From an uncultured Candidatus Saccharibacteria bacterium (lineage in GTDB: Bacteria; Patescibacteriota; Saccharimonadia; Saccharimonadales; JACDBH01), in contig OZ246417.1 of assembly GCA_965231105.1 (NCBI GenBank), positions 640,908 through 704,907 on the forward strand: a DNA stretch of 64,000 bases, given 5' to 3'. The position numbers and the translations under genes are program-made. The notes beneath the pieces were generated by a model. It saw only the letters and a list, made by a program, of their open reading frames with translations. It was not told where the DNA came from and ran no database searches. Positions 25,078 through 33,541 of the stretch are shown piece after piece (positions within the stretch are counted from its first letter, which is position 1; the number at the start of each line of letters is the position of its first letter).

Positions 25078-26784
25078 ATGCATAGCATCTTTTCAGAACT
25101 CAGTCTTGTCATAGCCGTTGCCGTCGGCGTGAGTTTACTTATGCGGATCATTCGTCAGCCGCTCATCATCGGTCATATTTTAACGGGTCTTTTAGTAGGA
25201 CCCACGGCGCTACATCTTATTAAGTCTCCAGATACCATTCAGGTGTTTTCGGATTTCGGTATTGCTCTTCTACTCCTTATTGTTGGGCTCGGTTTGAACC
25301 CCCGCATTATTAAAGAGGTAGGTAAAATCGCCTCTACTATAGCCATAACGAAAGTCGTGCTTACGACTGGTTTCGGTTATCTTATTTCTCGTTTATTCGG
25401 TTTTAATACCACCACTTCGCTGCTTATAGGTATTGGGCTTTCGTTCTCAAGTACCATTATTATCCTTAAGCTATTGAGCGATAAAAAGGAGCAGTCGCGA
25501 CTTTACGGGAAAATCTCGATCGGTTTCTTATTGGTAGAAGACCTTATTGCTACACTAACGCTCGTTGCTGTCTCTGCTTCAGGTAACGGAGGCGTTACAA
25601 TTGCCGACTTCGGCGGGTTATTCCTAAAGAGCATCCTACTTATCCTGGCTATCATTTTTGTACGAGTAGTGATTATCAACAACCTCGGCAGTCTTATCGC
25701 TAAGTCGCAAGAATTTTTATTCTTGTTTGCCATTGGATGGGCGTTAAGTATTGCTGCATTATTCCAAAAAGCTGGCTTTTCGCTCGAGATTGGCGCCCTC
25801 ATTGCAGGTGTGACTCTCGCCTCCCTGCCCTATGCACAAGAGGTGGCATCTCGTCTTAAGATCTTACGCGACTTCTTTATTGTATTGTTCTTTATTAGCC
25901 TTGGTTCTCACCTGGAACTTCATAGTGTTTCACAGATTATGCCTAAGGCACTTATCTTATCTCTCATTGTTCTTATCGCAAATCCTTTAATTGTGATGAC
26001 TGTTATGGGTATTGGCGGGTATACAAAGAAAACGAGCTTTAAGACAGGACTTGCAGGCGCCCAGGTAAGTGAGTTCTCTCTTATTCTTCTACTATTGGCC
26101 AACAAAATGGGTCAGGTAAGTCAGGAGGTTTTATCCCTCGTAACTATGGTCGGGCTACTCACTATTGCCGTTTCGACCTACCTCATCATTTACTCAGATA
26201 AACTTTACGCAATTTTTGAACGCTATCTTAACATCTTCGAACGTAAAGAAATCAAAGAAGAACGTGAGCATAAACATCATTACGAACTCGTTTTGATTGG
26301 CTACCAGAAAGGCGGTCAGGAATTCCTGAAGCTCTACCAGCAGCTTAAAAAGCGCTATGTTGTCGTAGATTACGACCCTACCGTTATCGATATCCTGGAG
26401 CATCGCGGTGCTGAATATTTGTATGGTGATGTAACTGACCCAGAAATGCTTGAAGAAATAAACCTTCAAGAAAGTAAGCTTATTATCTCAGCCATAACGG
26501 ATCTGCCTACAAACCTATACCTCGCTGAGTGGCTTGAGAAACATAATCCAAATGCCGTCTTTATCGCGACGGCCGATAGCAGCGAAGAAGCCTCTGAACT
26601 GTATACACGAGGCGTTACCTATGTCATATTGCCGCATTTTATTGGATCAGAAAAAATTGGTTCATTTATTAAGCGGAACGGCTTCAATAAGACTGAGTTT
26701 AAAAAATACCGTGAAAAGCATCTTGCTTATTTACAGACACACTACGACTTATTAGCAGACCCTGAGCCTGCTACAAATTCATAA
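25078..26784 (+). CDS. Cation:proton antiporter (CPA2/Kef-type) with C-terminal RCK/TrkA-N domain
   Basis: 568 aa. About 12 TM helices (PLIIGHILTGLLVGP..), then a soluble Rossmann-like domain (LVLIGYQKGGQEF..YGDVTDPEML). Confidence 0.85.
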   Translation: MHSIFSELSLVIAVAVGVSLLMRIIRQPLIIGHILTGLLVGPTALHLIKSPDTIQVFSDFGIALLLLIVGLGLNPRIIKEVGKIASTIAITKVVLTTGFGYLISRLFGFNTTTSLLIGIGLSFSSTIIILKLLSDKKEQSRLYGKISIGFLLVEDLIATLTLVAVSASGNGGVTIADFGGLFLKSILLILAIIFVRVVIINNLGSLIAKSQEFLFLFAIGWALSIAALFQKAGFSLEIGALIAGVTLASLPYAQEVASRLKILRDFFIVLFFISLGSHLELHSVSQIMPKALILSLIVLIANPLIVMTVMGIGGYTKKTSFKTGLAGAQVSEFSLILLLLANKMGQVSQEVLSLVTMVGLLTIAVSTYLIIYSDKLYAIFERYLNIFERKEIKEEREHKHHYELVLIGYQKGGQEFLKLYQQLKKRYVVVDYDPTVIDILEHRGAEYLYGDVTDPEMLEEINLQESKLIISAITDLPTNLYLAEWLEKHNPNAVFIATADSSEEASELYTRGVTYVILPHFIGSEKIGSFIKRNGFNKTEFKKYREKHLAYLQTHYDLLADPEPATNS

Positions 26785-27374
26785 AGCCAGTGCTCATTCG
26801 CATACTGCATAGCTGCATCCAACATGCCATCAGGCTTTTGCCCTTTTCTTAACTGCGTACGAATCTGCCGTGACGAGGCCATTTTATAATTACTCACCAG
26901 TACATGACTTTCTGGAGGCTCAACTGGCAAAAGACTTAAGAGCTGATGCGCATGTCGCTCATCTTTCTCTCCACGCACCGCAACCACAAGCCCAACCGTT
27001 TTAAGTAACTGCCTAATATGCGGCCATACGGTGATGTGGGATAGGACGTCGGTGCCAATAAGGAGAAGTAGTTGTTGATTTGGATAAGACTGATTGAGAC
27101 GCGGTAGGCTGGTGGCTACAGTAAACTGCTTATCAGGTATTTCGAGCAGTTTAATTTTTGGGTAAGGCTTAATTGCACGTTTTATCATGGCAATCCGGTG
27201 ACTTACATGCGTGACGTCATGTTTATGACGAGGCTTTGGCTCGGGGAGTAAGACAACTTCACTTAGTCCCGCAGATTCAATGGCTTGCAGGGCAAAACTA
27301 ATATGACCCTTATGTATCGGATCAAAGGTACCGGCTAAAATGCCGATCCTTTTCAACCTCTCCCTCGCAGCCAC
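26742..27374 (-). CDS. nadD: Nicotinate-nucleotide adenylyltransferase
   Basis: 210 aa. IGILAGTFDPIHKGH (HxGH) motif and the C-terminal SSRQIR-type motif. The start is uncertain (GTG 27374 or TTG 27356). The 3' end overlaps the convergent antiporter gene by 43 nt. Confidence 0.85.
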   Translation of the reverse strand: MAARERLKRIGILAGTFDPIHKGHISFALQAIESAGLSEVVLLPEPKPRHKHDVTHVSHRIAMIKRAIKPYPKIKLLEIPDKQFTVATSLPRLNQSYPNQQLLLLIGTDVLSHITVWPHIRQLLKTVGLVVAVRGEKDERHAHQLLSLLPVEPPESHVLVSNYKMASSRQIRTQLRKGQKPDGMLDAAMQYANEHWLYEFVAGSGSANKS

Positions 27375-27392
27375 CCATTTTGTGTACGCTGC

Positions 27393-27563
27393 TTATTCAT
27401 CAATTCCAATTCCCTCACAACACTTTGATTTATACCGACAGTTAGGACATTCAAAATGGCCATGGACCGGAACGATTGGGTAGTATTCACAATTATCACA
27501 GAAAAATTCAGGTGATTTTTCTTTCACCATTTCCTGATAAATATTTTCTTCCTCGCCTTCCAT
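27393..27563 (-). CDS. Unannotated 56-aa zinc-ribbon mini-protein
   Basis: Own translation: MEGEEENIYQEMVKEKSPEFFCDNCEYYPIVPVHGHFECPNCRYKSKCCEGIGIDE. Two CxxC knuckles. It lies 9 nt after the preceding ORF and 18 nt before nadD. Confidence 0.55.
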   Translation of the reverse strand: MEGEEENIYQEMVKEKSPEFFCDNCEYYPIVPVHGHFECPNCRYKSKCCEGIGIDE

Positions 27564-27572
27564 GATTCTATT

Positions 27573-27776
27573 TTAGCGCTTTACCGTTATTTTGCAGGCC
27601 GGACAATGAATGGTTGTTGGGGTAAGCTCTGCAGTTACAATTTCTTTGCAAAACGGACAAGTCACGCAAGGCATTTTGGTCTCATCATATGTATCAATGC
27701 GATCATGGTCTATTTTACAAAGCCCTTCACATTCTGCAGCTTGATGCTCGTATAGCTCTTTGGTTAGTCTATTCAT
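27573..27776 (-). CDS. 67-aa zinc-ribbon mini-protein
   Basis: MNRLTKELYEHQAAECEGLCKIDHDRIDTYDETKMPCVTCPFCKEIVTAELTPTTIHCPACKITVKR. I prefer ATG 27776, which overlaps the upstream stop by 8 nt, over the track start at 27797. Confidence 0.6.
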   Translation of the reverse strand: MNRLTKELYEHQAAECEGLCKIDHDRIDTYDETKMPCVTCPFCKEIVTAELTPTTIHCPACKITVKR

Positions 27777-29430
27777 CTTCTTCCGCCTCCGGTGCATCTT
27801 TAGTTTTATCTGCTTTATGTACGGTCATCTGTTTGGAATTTTTTCCGTCTTTTGAATTTACAACTTCTTTTACTGCAGACTTCACGCCCGTATATAGCTT
27901 GGTAGGGTCACGTCCCTTATCAAACCATCTCTGACAGCACCGACATACTTCACAGGGACCTACCTCAGTCTGTCCGGGTCGTGTAGGACAATTGTCGACC
28001 CGGCAAACACCCCTTTTCCATCTCCATCCTTTTTTATTTTCCCCGTCTTCTGAGTCTTCATTCTTTTGGTCATCCAACATACCGCCAAAGACTTTTTGTG
28101 GATTTCCCCATACATCATCTTTATCGCCACCCAATGATATGGATAATCCGCAAGCAGAATAGGTACGCCCATTTCTTGCGCCATCTGCTCCAAAACCGCT
28201 CAGCATACTCTGGAAAGATGCCGGATCAATATACTGTAGGTCTTCCGGAGCTAATTGTGCGTTCACAGACTGCAAACCGCCCTTGTTAAGATGAAGGGCT
28301 CGCATCATTTCGATAGTTGAGTAGACCAGCATCTCATGTAGCACTGCGGCATCATCGTCAGTAAATTTATCTTTGTTAGCTCGCATTTTATAAAGAGCGG
28401 TAGCGTAGTGGCCATTGAAGGAATGGGCATTATTTGTGAATTGATCAATCAATTTTGCAGCTTCTTCTGTCTGACGACCTCTTACTAATGACTCGCAAAC
28501 ATGAACATAGGACTCGTTAAATACCTGATCCATAACCGGCCCATATTCTCGTGTTACGTCGATTGTATTGGTAGTCTTCCTATACTTAGGATCAGCAGCT
28601 TGATTTGCAATCCCTAATGCAAGCGCTTTCGCTTCGTTTTCGGTGAGCGTTCCCGTAACTGCATACCGGAGCCAATTGTCTGTTATCTCGCCGTCTGGTA
28701 TATCGACGCCATGCTTGCTAAATACTTCTCTCAATCGTTGCTTGTTACTGCCATCAAATGATAAAGATCCAGCAAGAACCTCTCCATTTTTGGTTGTGTG
28801 ATACAACTGTACAAACCCACGCTTTAGGTGAGGCACATAGCCTACTCTACGCCAATATTCTTCTCCACTTCGTGCTGCTGCTTCTTCCGGGAAAGGGCTT
28901 ATAACGATACGGGTGTTATATTCTGTTTTGCCTTGAGCCATTTCGTCTACAATAACGGCGTTATGGTGATCCCATTGCGAGCGTGTTAGTTGTGGCGAAA
29001 AATGTCGGTCCTTTTTTGCGGTTTCCTCTGCACATATAAGTCCTGCTTCTGTCATGCGGGAAACAGGAGTTTTTAGATCCTTTGCCATAACCTTGCCGTC
29101 TATAACTGGTCGTCTATCAAAATCGCGAACCTCGAGCCCCTTACCCAGCTCCATGTCAGTACCGAAACCTTCCTCTACAGAAGTATAAAATTCAACCCTC
29201 GCCTGCTCTGCTTCTGGGCTTAGAATAACCTCTGACAAAGATCTATCAATCATAAAGGCCCCAAGCCGACGAATCGTACTGAGTGAACGACCGTACGTTT
29301 CTGACTCGGGAGCACGGAAATAATTACTCTCATCTAGAGAATCGGGCTCACCATCCAAAAGCACATACCTCGTTCGTCCAACGCTCGTAGGAAATCTTAT
29401 ATCTTTGGGCTTTTCTAAAAGTGTTTGCAT
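27769..29430 (-). CDS. 553-aa protein of unknown function with a C-terminal Cys cluster
   Basis: Long uninterrupted ORF with no family motif I can recognise. The C-terminal region GVCRVDNCPTRPGQTEVGPCEVCRCCQRWF is zinc-ribbon-like and is followed by a Lys/Glu-rich tail. Confidence 0.7.
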   Translation of the reverse strand: MQTLLEKPKDIRFPTSVGRTRYVLLDGEPDSLDESNYFRAPESETYGRSLSTIRRLGAFMIDRSLSEVILSPEAEQARVEFYTSVEEGFGTDMELGKGLEVRDFDRRPVIDGKVMAKDLKTPVSRMTEAGLICAEETAKKDRHFSPQLTRSQWDHHNAVIVDEMAQGKTEYNTRIVISPFPEEAAARSGEEYWRRVGYVPHLKRGFVQLYHTTKNGEVLAGSLSFDGSNKQRLREVFSKHGVDIPDGEITDNWLRYAVTGTLTENEAKALALGIANQAADPKYRKTTNTIDVTREYGPVMDQVFNESYVHVCESLVRGRQTEEAAKLIDQFTNNAHSFNGHYATALYKMRANKDKFTDDDAAVLHEMLVYSTIEMMRALHLNKGGLQSVNAQLAPEDLQYIDPASFQSMLSGFGADGARNGRTYSACGLSISLGGDKDDVWGNPQKVFGGMLDDQKNEDSEDGENKKGWRWKRGVCRVDNCPTRPGQTEVGPCEVCRCCQRWFDKGRDPTKLYTGVKSAVKEVVNSKDGKNSKQMTVHKADKTKDAPEAEEDE

Positions 29431-29431
29431 T

Positions 29432-29462
29432 AAAAAACCTGCTCGGGTATTCCAAAAGCAGG
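29432..29462 (-). terminator. Terminator-like hairpin + U-run abutting the 553-aa gene start
   Basis: The minus strand reads CCTGCT-(13 nt)-AGCAGG, then TTTTTTA, then ATG (29430). Confidence 0.45.
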
Positions 29463-29560
29463 CAAAAAAGATTTTGCTTCTGCTCGGAAGACTTTATCGC
29501 CAGATCGGACTCTAACCGTTGCGGCACAGTGGAGGAATTTCACCTCACTTCCAGCTGTTT
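29463..29560 (-). promoter_or_regulatory. Structured 5' leader (possible antiterminator plus closing-helix element)
   Basis: The hairpin GCAG-AA-GCAAAA-TCTT-TTTTGC-CTGC (29483-29458) shares 4 nt with the terminator 5' arm. Upstream, a 7-bp helix with a 1-nt bulge (29554-29548 with 29490-29483) encloses 57 nt that include a GAGG/CCTC hairpin. Confidence 0.35.
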
Positions 29561-29633
29561 GTATTGTTAATAAGTCGAAGTATAAACCAATCCGGTTACG
29601 CTAGATATAGTATTTTTTGCTGCATTTGGTGCG

Positions 29634-30185
29634 CTATCGGACAGTCTTTTTGCGGTGTTTCTTATATTCAGAATAAGTCATATAAGTTTTTGTGTCTTTT
29701 ACTTTATCGACGAATAATATTCCGTTTAAATGATCGACCTCATGCTGTATAACGTGCGCCTGTAAACCTTGAAACTCTTTGGTGTGTTTTTTTCCTAACT
29801 CGTCCAGATACTCTACCTCAATTTTTTTATAGCGTGGCACCTTTGCAAATAGCCCCGCCTTACCGGAACCAGAGCTAATACAACCTTCCCATTCTTGAAT
29901 TTTGCGGCCAATTCGTCTTGTGATGACCGGATTAATAATGGTGAGACTAAATTCTTCAACTTTAGGCCTAAGAGATGTTTTCTGAATATGAATGGCTGCG
30001 ATTGCCACACCTTCACCGACCTGTGGTGCCGCTAATCCTATGCCTAATTTCTTTTCTGTAAGCGTAAAGTGCATATTCATAATAAGTGCTTGGGTTTCTA
30101 AAGATAAAATTTCTGGAACCGTAAGCTGCCGTGCTACCTGTCTAAGAATTGGATCACCAAATTGTATACGAGGCAAAACTCTCAT
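29634..30185 (-). CDS. def: Peptide deformylase
   Basis: 183 aa. GIGLAAPQVG, EGCISS and HEVDHLNG motifs. Confidence 0.9.
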   Translation of the reverse strand: MRVLPRIQFGDPILRQVARQLTVPEILSLETQALIMNMHFTLTEKKLGIGLAAPQVGEGVAIAAIHIQKTSLRPKVEEFSLTIINPVITRRIGRKIQEWEGCISSGSGKAGLFAKVPRYKKIEVEYLDELGKKHTKEFQGLQAHVIQHEVDHLNGILFVDKVKDTKTYMTYSEYKKHRKKTVR

Positions 30186-30211
30186 CGAGGCTAATCATAA
30201 CACCTTAGGTA

Positions 30212-31057
30212 TTATCTGATAAACCGTGCGATAACTAGGATCAAGACAAACGATCCAAACAGAATGCGGTAAAGAGCAAAGTTCTTAAAGTCATGGGTCG
30301 AGATGTAACGAAGCAACCAGGACACCGCCATTAATGCAGTAATAAAAGCTGTGATCGTGCCTACTATAAGCGCTGCAGAACCACCAGGAAGATTTGGTAT
30401 CTCTTCGTGTTCCTTAATAAGCTTATAGCCCGTAGCAAGTACCATGATAGGAATGCTCAAATAAAATGAAAACGCAGTGGCAGTAACTCGATCAAGTCCA
30501 GCTAGTATTCCGCCCACGATTGATGCGCCACTCCGTGACACACCAGGAATAAGCGAAACGGTCTGCGCCAACCCAACCCCAATAGCCTGACGTGGCGTGA
30601 TTGCATCTAATTCTGGCTCGCCCTTATGATGTGGGCGTCGTGGTGAGTCCTTACGTTCCTTACGGCTATTTTCTACGGCAAGCAACACAAATCCACCAAG
30701 TATTAACGCAACTGCTACAACTCCTGGCCGTGCCCAACTTTGTACGGTCTTATCGAGTAAGAATCCTATAAGGCCTGCTGGGATGGTTGCGATGATAAGG
30801 TTAACCCAAAAACGCACATGCATAGGGTCTCTTTTAATAAGCCCTGCTATACGACGAATGATGTCGAGGCGATAAAACCATAACACCGCAGCAATTGCAC
30901 CAATTTGGATAACGACAGTAAATAATTCCGCAGTATCCTTAAAGCCAATCACTTCTTGAGCTACGATCAAATGGCCGGTACTTGAGATAGGCAAAAACTC
31001 AGTTAGCCCTTCAACAATTCCGAGAATAATAGCTTGGAAAATTTCCATTCCCTTCAT
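30212..31057 (-). CDS. uppP: Undecaprenyl-diphosphate phosphatase
   Basis: 281 aa. GIVEGLTEFLPISSTGHL and PGVSRSGASI motifs, polytopic. The start may be ATG 31048. Confidence 0.9.
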   Translation of the reverse strand: MKGMEIFQAIILGIVEGLTEFLPISSTGHLIVAQEVIGFKDTAELFTVVIQIGAIAAVLWFYRLDIIRRIAGLIKRDPMHVRFWVNLIIATIPAGLIGFLLDKTVQSWARPGVVAVALILGGFVLLAVENSRKERKDSPRRPHHKGEPELDAITPRQAIGVGLAQTVSLIPGVSRSGASIVGGILAGLDRVTATAFSFYLSIPIMVLATGYKLIKEHEEIPNLPGGSAALIVGTITAFITALMAVSWLLRYISTHDFKNFALYRILFGSFVLILVIARFIR

Positions 31058-31090
31058 TATACAGGGCTCCGTACGTTACAATGCCTTTGT

Positions 31091-31495
31091 ATGCAATTCT
31101 TTCTTGTCAAAACTGATCCAGACACATATAGCGTTGCTGACCTGCAAAAAGAGGGATCAACTATTTGGGATGGCGTTCACAATTACGCTGCAATCGGTTT
31201 CATTAAGCAAATGGAGCCTGGCGACGAAATTTTTTTGTATGAGTCTCAAGGTCCCAAAGCAATTGTTGGCTTAGGAAAGGTAGCAGGTAAGCCATTCGAG
31301 AATAAGGATGATTCGCGCTTCAGTTGGGCAGTAAGAATACAGTTCGCACAGCGTTTCAGTAGACCACTCACCCTTGCCGAGATCAAAGCCGACCCCACTT
31401 TCAAAGAATTTAAACTCGTCCGTGAATCGCGTTTAAGTGTTATGCCCGTACCTGACGAAATGGCTCGCAAACTATTTATGCTACTGGGCCAATAA
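31091..31495 (+). CDS. EVE (PUA-like) domain protein
   Basis: MQFFLVKTDPDTYSVADLQKEGSTIWDGVHNYAAIGFIKQMEPGDEIFLYES..IVGLGKV fits the EVE pattern. I prefer ATG 31091 because the track start overlaps uppP. Confidence 0.75.
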   Translation: MQFFLVKTDPDTYSVADLQKEGSTIWDGVHNYAAIGFIKQMEPGDEIFLYESQGPKAIVGLGKVAGKPFENKDDSRFSWAVRIQFAQRFSRPLTLAEIKADPTFKEFKLVRESRLSVMPVPDEMARKLFMLLGQ

Positions 31496-32078
31496 TAGCC
31501 AGAGAAGCTTCAATTCGTATATTTGTAGGATGGACTTTCAGCCATTCGTCTACGGCTTTTTGCGTTCCAGGTAGTGCCTCGTTTTGATAATCATCAATCA
31601 CGACAATGGCGCCACTTGAAAGTTTTGGCCATACCAACTTCAATGAATCTCTGATCGATTCATAAAAGTCTCCGTCTAAAAACGCAAAAGAAATTGCTTC
31701 AGGTAAATCTTTGTCTTTCAGCTCATTGAACCAAGCCTTTTTTATAACCGGGACATGGAGGCCTGCTTTTTTAAATAACTTTACTACTTCTTGTTTTGTA
31801 GCGGGCAACTCGCCTGCCTTAAATTGCTCGCCCGCAGGGCTTTGATCTTTCGGGACTTTTGAAGGTAGCCCCTCAAACGAATCATATGCATAGAGTTTTT
31901 TATTTGAACCGGCGGTTTTTAGTGCCCGGGCAATTTCTAAAGATGTTAGCCCCTTATAACAACCCAACTCTATTACCTCTCCCCGAACATTCATAACAAG
32001 TACTTGGCCTAATTCGCGCAACAGCACACTAAGCTCTTCTTCATTGAATTGATCGTTTTTTGGTGTAGCCATTGCCAA
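31476..32078 (-). CDS. Class I SAM-dependent methyltransferase (TylF/macrocin-O-MT-like)
   Basis: 200 aa. VIELGCYKGLTSLEIA (SAM motif I), FAFLDGDFYESIRDSL, IVVIDDY. Confidence 0.7.
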   Translation of the reverse strand: MAMATPKNDQFNEEELSVLLRELGQVLVMNVRGEVIELGCYKGLTSLEIARALKTAGSNKKLYAYDSFEGLPSKVPKDQSPAGEQFKAGELPATKQEVVKLFKKAGLHVPVIKKAWFNELKDKDLPEAISFAFLDGDFYESIRDSLKLVWPKLSSGAIVVIDDYQNEALPGTQKAVDEWLKVHPTNIRIEASLAIIGPVA

Positions 32079-32151
32079 AATTATAAGTCATTTTAGGCAT
32101 TACAGATTATTGCTTTTGTTTAATAACTTTATAGCTGCGATACTACCAATC

Positions 32152-32751
32152 ATGAGCTCTAATTTTGACCGCCTCTCTCAGACACAAAATTTGGTTTTGG
32201 ACATGCTTCAGGTGACACGGAACCATCAGATACCAGGTAGTGAAGAACATGAGAATGTCGTTACGCATAGTTCCGGCGTAGCTATACTTGCATGGCAGCT
32301 TCATGAAATGCTTGGTCTCGATCTTGATGTGTCAAAGATATTAAAGTATGGATTAGTGCACGACTTCCCCGAACGTGGGCAAGCGCGCGACACAAACACG
32401 TTTGCAACGACGGCCGAGCGAATTGCAAAAGCAGAGCGTGAACGTCGAGAAGTAGCAAAACTCACCGCCGAGTTTGTCCATTTTGAAGATCTAACCAGCA
32501 CAATAGCCGACTACGAGACTAAAGACGATGAGGAATCAAAGTTTGTATGGACGGTCGATAAAATGCAGGCAATTGTACTGGGCAGAATGGATGATTGGCG
32601 ACCATATAAAAGGCTTGGCATAACCTACGACGAATTTTGCGCTAAAAAAGCAGAGTTGCTCGCCCGAAGCTCACCCTATCTTTATGATATATTCGCTGAA
32701 ATTATTGAAGTCGGGAAACAAACGTACTATGATCGGCCTGCTGCAGAATAG
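32152..32751 (+). CDS. HD-domain phosphohydrolase (YfbR-like 5'-nucleotidase type)
   Basis: ENVVTHSSGVAILAW and LKYGLVHDFPE (H..HD) motifs. ATG 32152 preferred over TTG 32110. Confidence 0.7.
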   Translation: MSSNFDRLSQTQNLVLDMLQVTRNHQIPGSEEHENVVTHSSGVAILAWQLHEMLGLDLDVSKILKYGLVHDFPERGQARDTNTFATTAERIAKAERERREVAKLTAEFVHFEDLTSTIADYETKDDEESKFVWTVDKMQAIVLGRMDDWRPYKRLGITYDEFCAKKAELLARSSPYLYDIFAEIIEVGKQTYYDRPAAE

Positions 32752-32754
32752 TCT

Positions 32755-33144
32755 TTACTTTAGCCGCTCTAATCTGCCCTTACGCTTCACAATATTTTTG
32801 TAATCCCACTGGATTTTTTTAGATTTTTCGAGCCAGAATGCTAAATTTTTCTTGTCGATTTGGTCGGGGCTCGTATAGCGAACTTCTGCCGCCTTAAAAC
32901 TACCTTCAGGCGACAAACCAGCTTCATTAAAAGATTGGCCGCTCCAAAATAATACTCTTACACTATCTTTTAGCCTATGATATCCAACGATCGGATTTCC
33001 GTCTAAAAACCAAACCGGATGGCCATGCCATACTTTGTTTTCTGCTTCAGGTAAACCCTGATTAATTTCGTGCGCCAATAGCTCACATATCACTTTAGAT
33101 TCAGCATCAAGAGATTCATTATAGGCACGAATATCTGCGTTCAT
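32755..33144 (-). CDS. DUF1801/YdhG-like small protein
   Basis: 129 aa. KVWHGHPVWFLDGNPIVGY and the overall length resemble the YdhG-like family. Assignment from memory only. Confidence 0.5.
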   Translation of the reverse strand: MNADIRAYNESLDAESKVICELLAHEINQGLPEAENKVWHGHPVWFLDGNPIVGYHRLKDSVRVLFWSGQSFNEAGLSPEGSFKAAEVRYTSPDQIDKKNLAFWLEKSKKIQWDYKNIVKRKGRLERLK

Positions 33145-33178
33145 ATTATTACTCTATCACTTTTACTAAATGAGGATG

Positions 33179-33541
33179 TTACTTTGTCTTAGCTACCGTT
33201 GAGCGAACAAGCTCGATAAGGGTCTGCGGAGTGAGGTCCGCCTTAAGCTTATGATTATGCGCACCAAGCTTGAGAGCTTGGGTTACCATTTCTCCCGAAG
33301 AAAGGTTACTTAAGATAATTATTTTGGCATTTAAATCTCGGGCCTTTTGCAAGAATTCGATACCATCCATTACGGGCATCATGAGATCCAGCAGGACGAT
33401 ATCATAACTTTGTTCTTTACAGAACTCTAAGGCCTCACGGCCATTTGCTGCTACATCAACTGTAAAATCGGCCGACTTTAAAATAATATTAAAGGCTTCG
33501 CTAATTAATTTCTCATCTTCGACTAGCAAAACTTTTGTCAC
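33179..33541 (-). CDS. Stand-alone response-regulator receiver domain (CheY-like)
   Basis: KVLLVEDEK, DIVLLDLMMPVMDG, IIILSN and a conserved Lys region, with no output domain. GTG 33541 preceded by AAGGGGA is preferred over the track ATG at 33589. Confidence 0.8.
   Translation of the reverse strand: MTKVLLVEDEKLISEAFNIILKSADFTVDVAANGREALEFCKEQSYDIVLLDLMMPVMDGIEFLQKARDLNAKIIILSNLSSGEMVTQALKLGAHNHKLKADLTPQTLIELVRSTVAKTK

Noticed and set aside
29495-29520. Resemblance of GTCCGATCTGGCGATAAAG (minus strand) to the CCUGAUCUGGAUAAUGCCAGCG core of TPP riboswitches
   Set aside because: The other conserved TPP elements (CUGAGA, ACCCUU, the pairing partner of the GCCAGC arm) are absent, and no thiamine-related gene follows. 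I kept it only as an unclassified structured leader.
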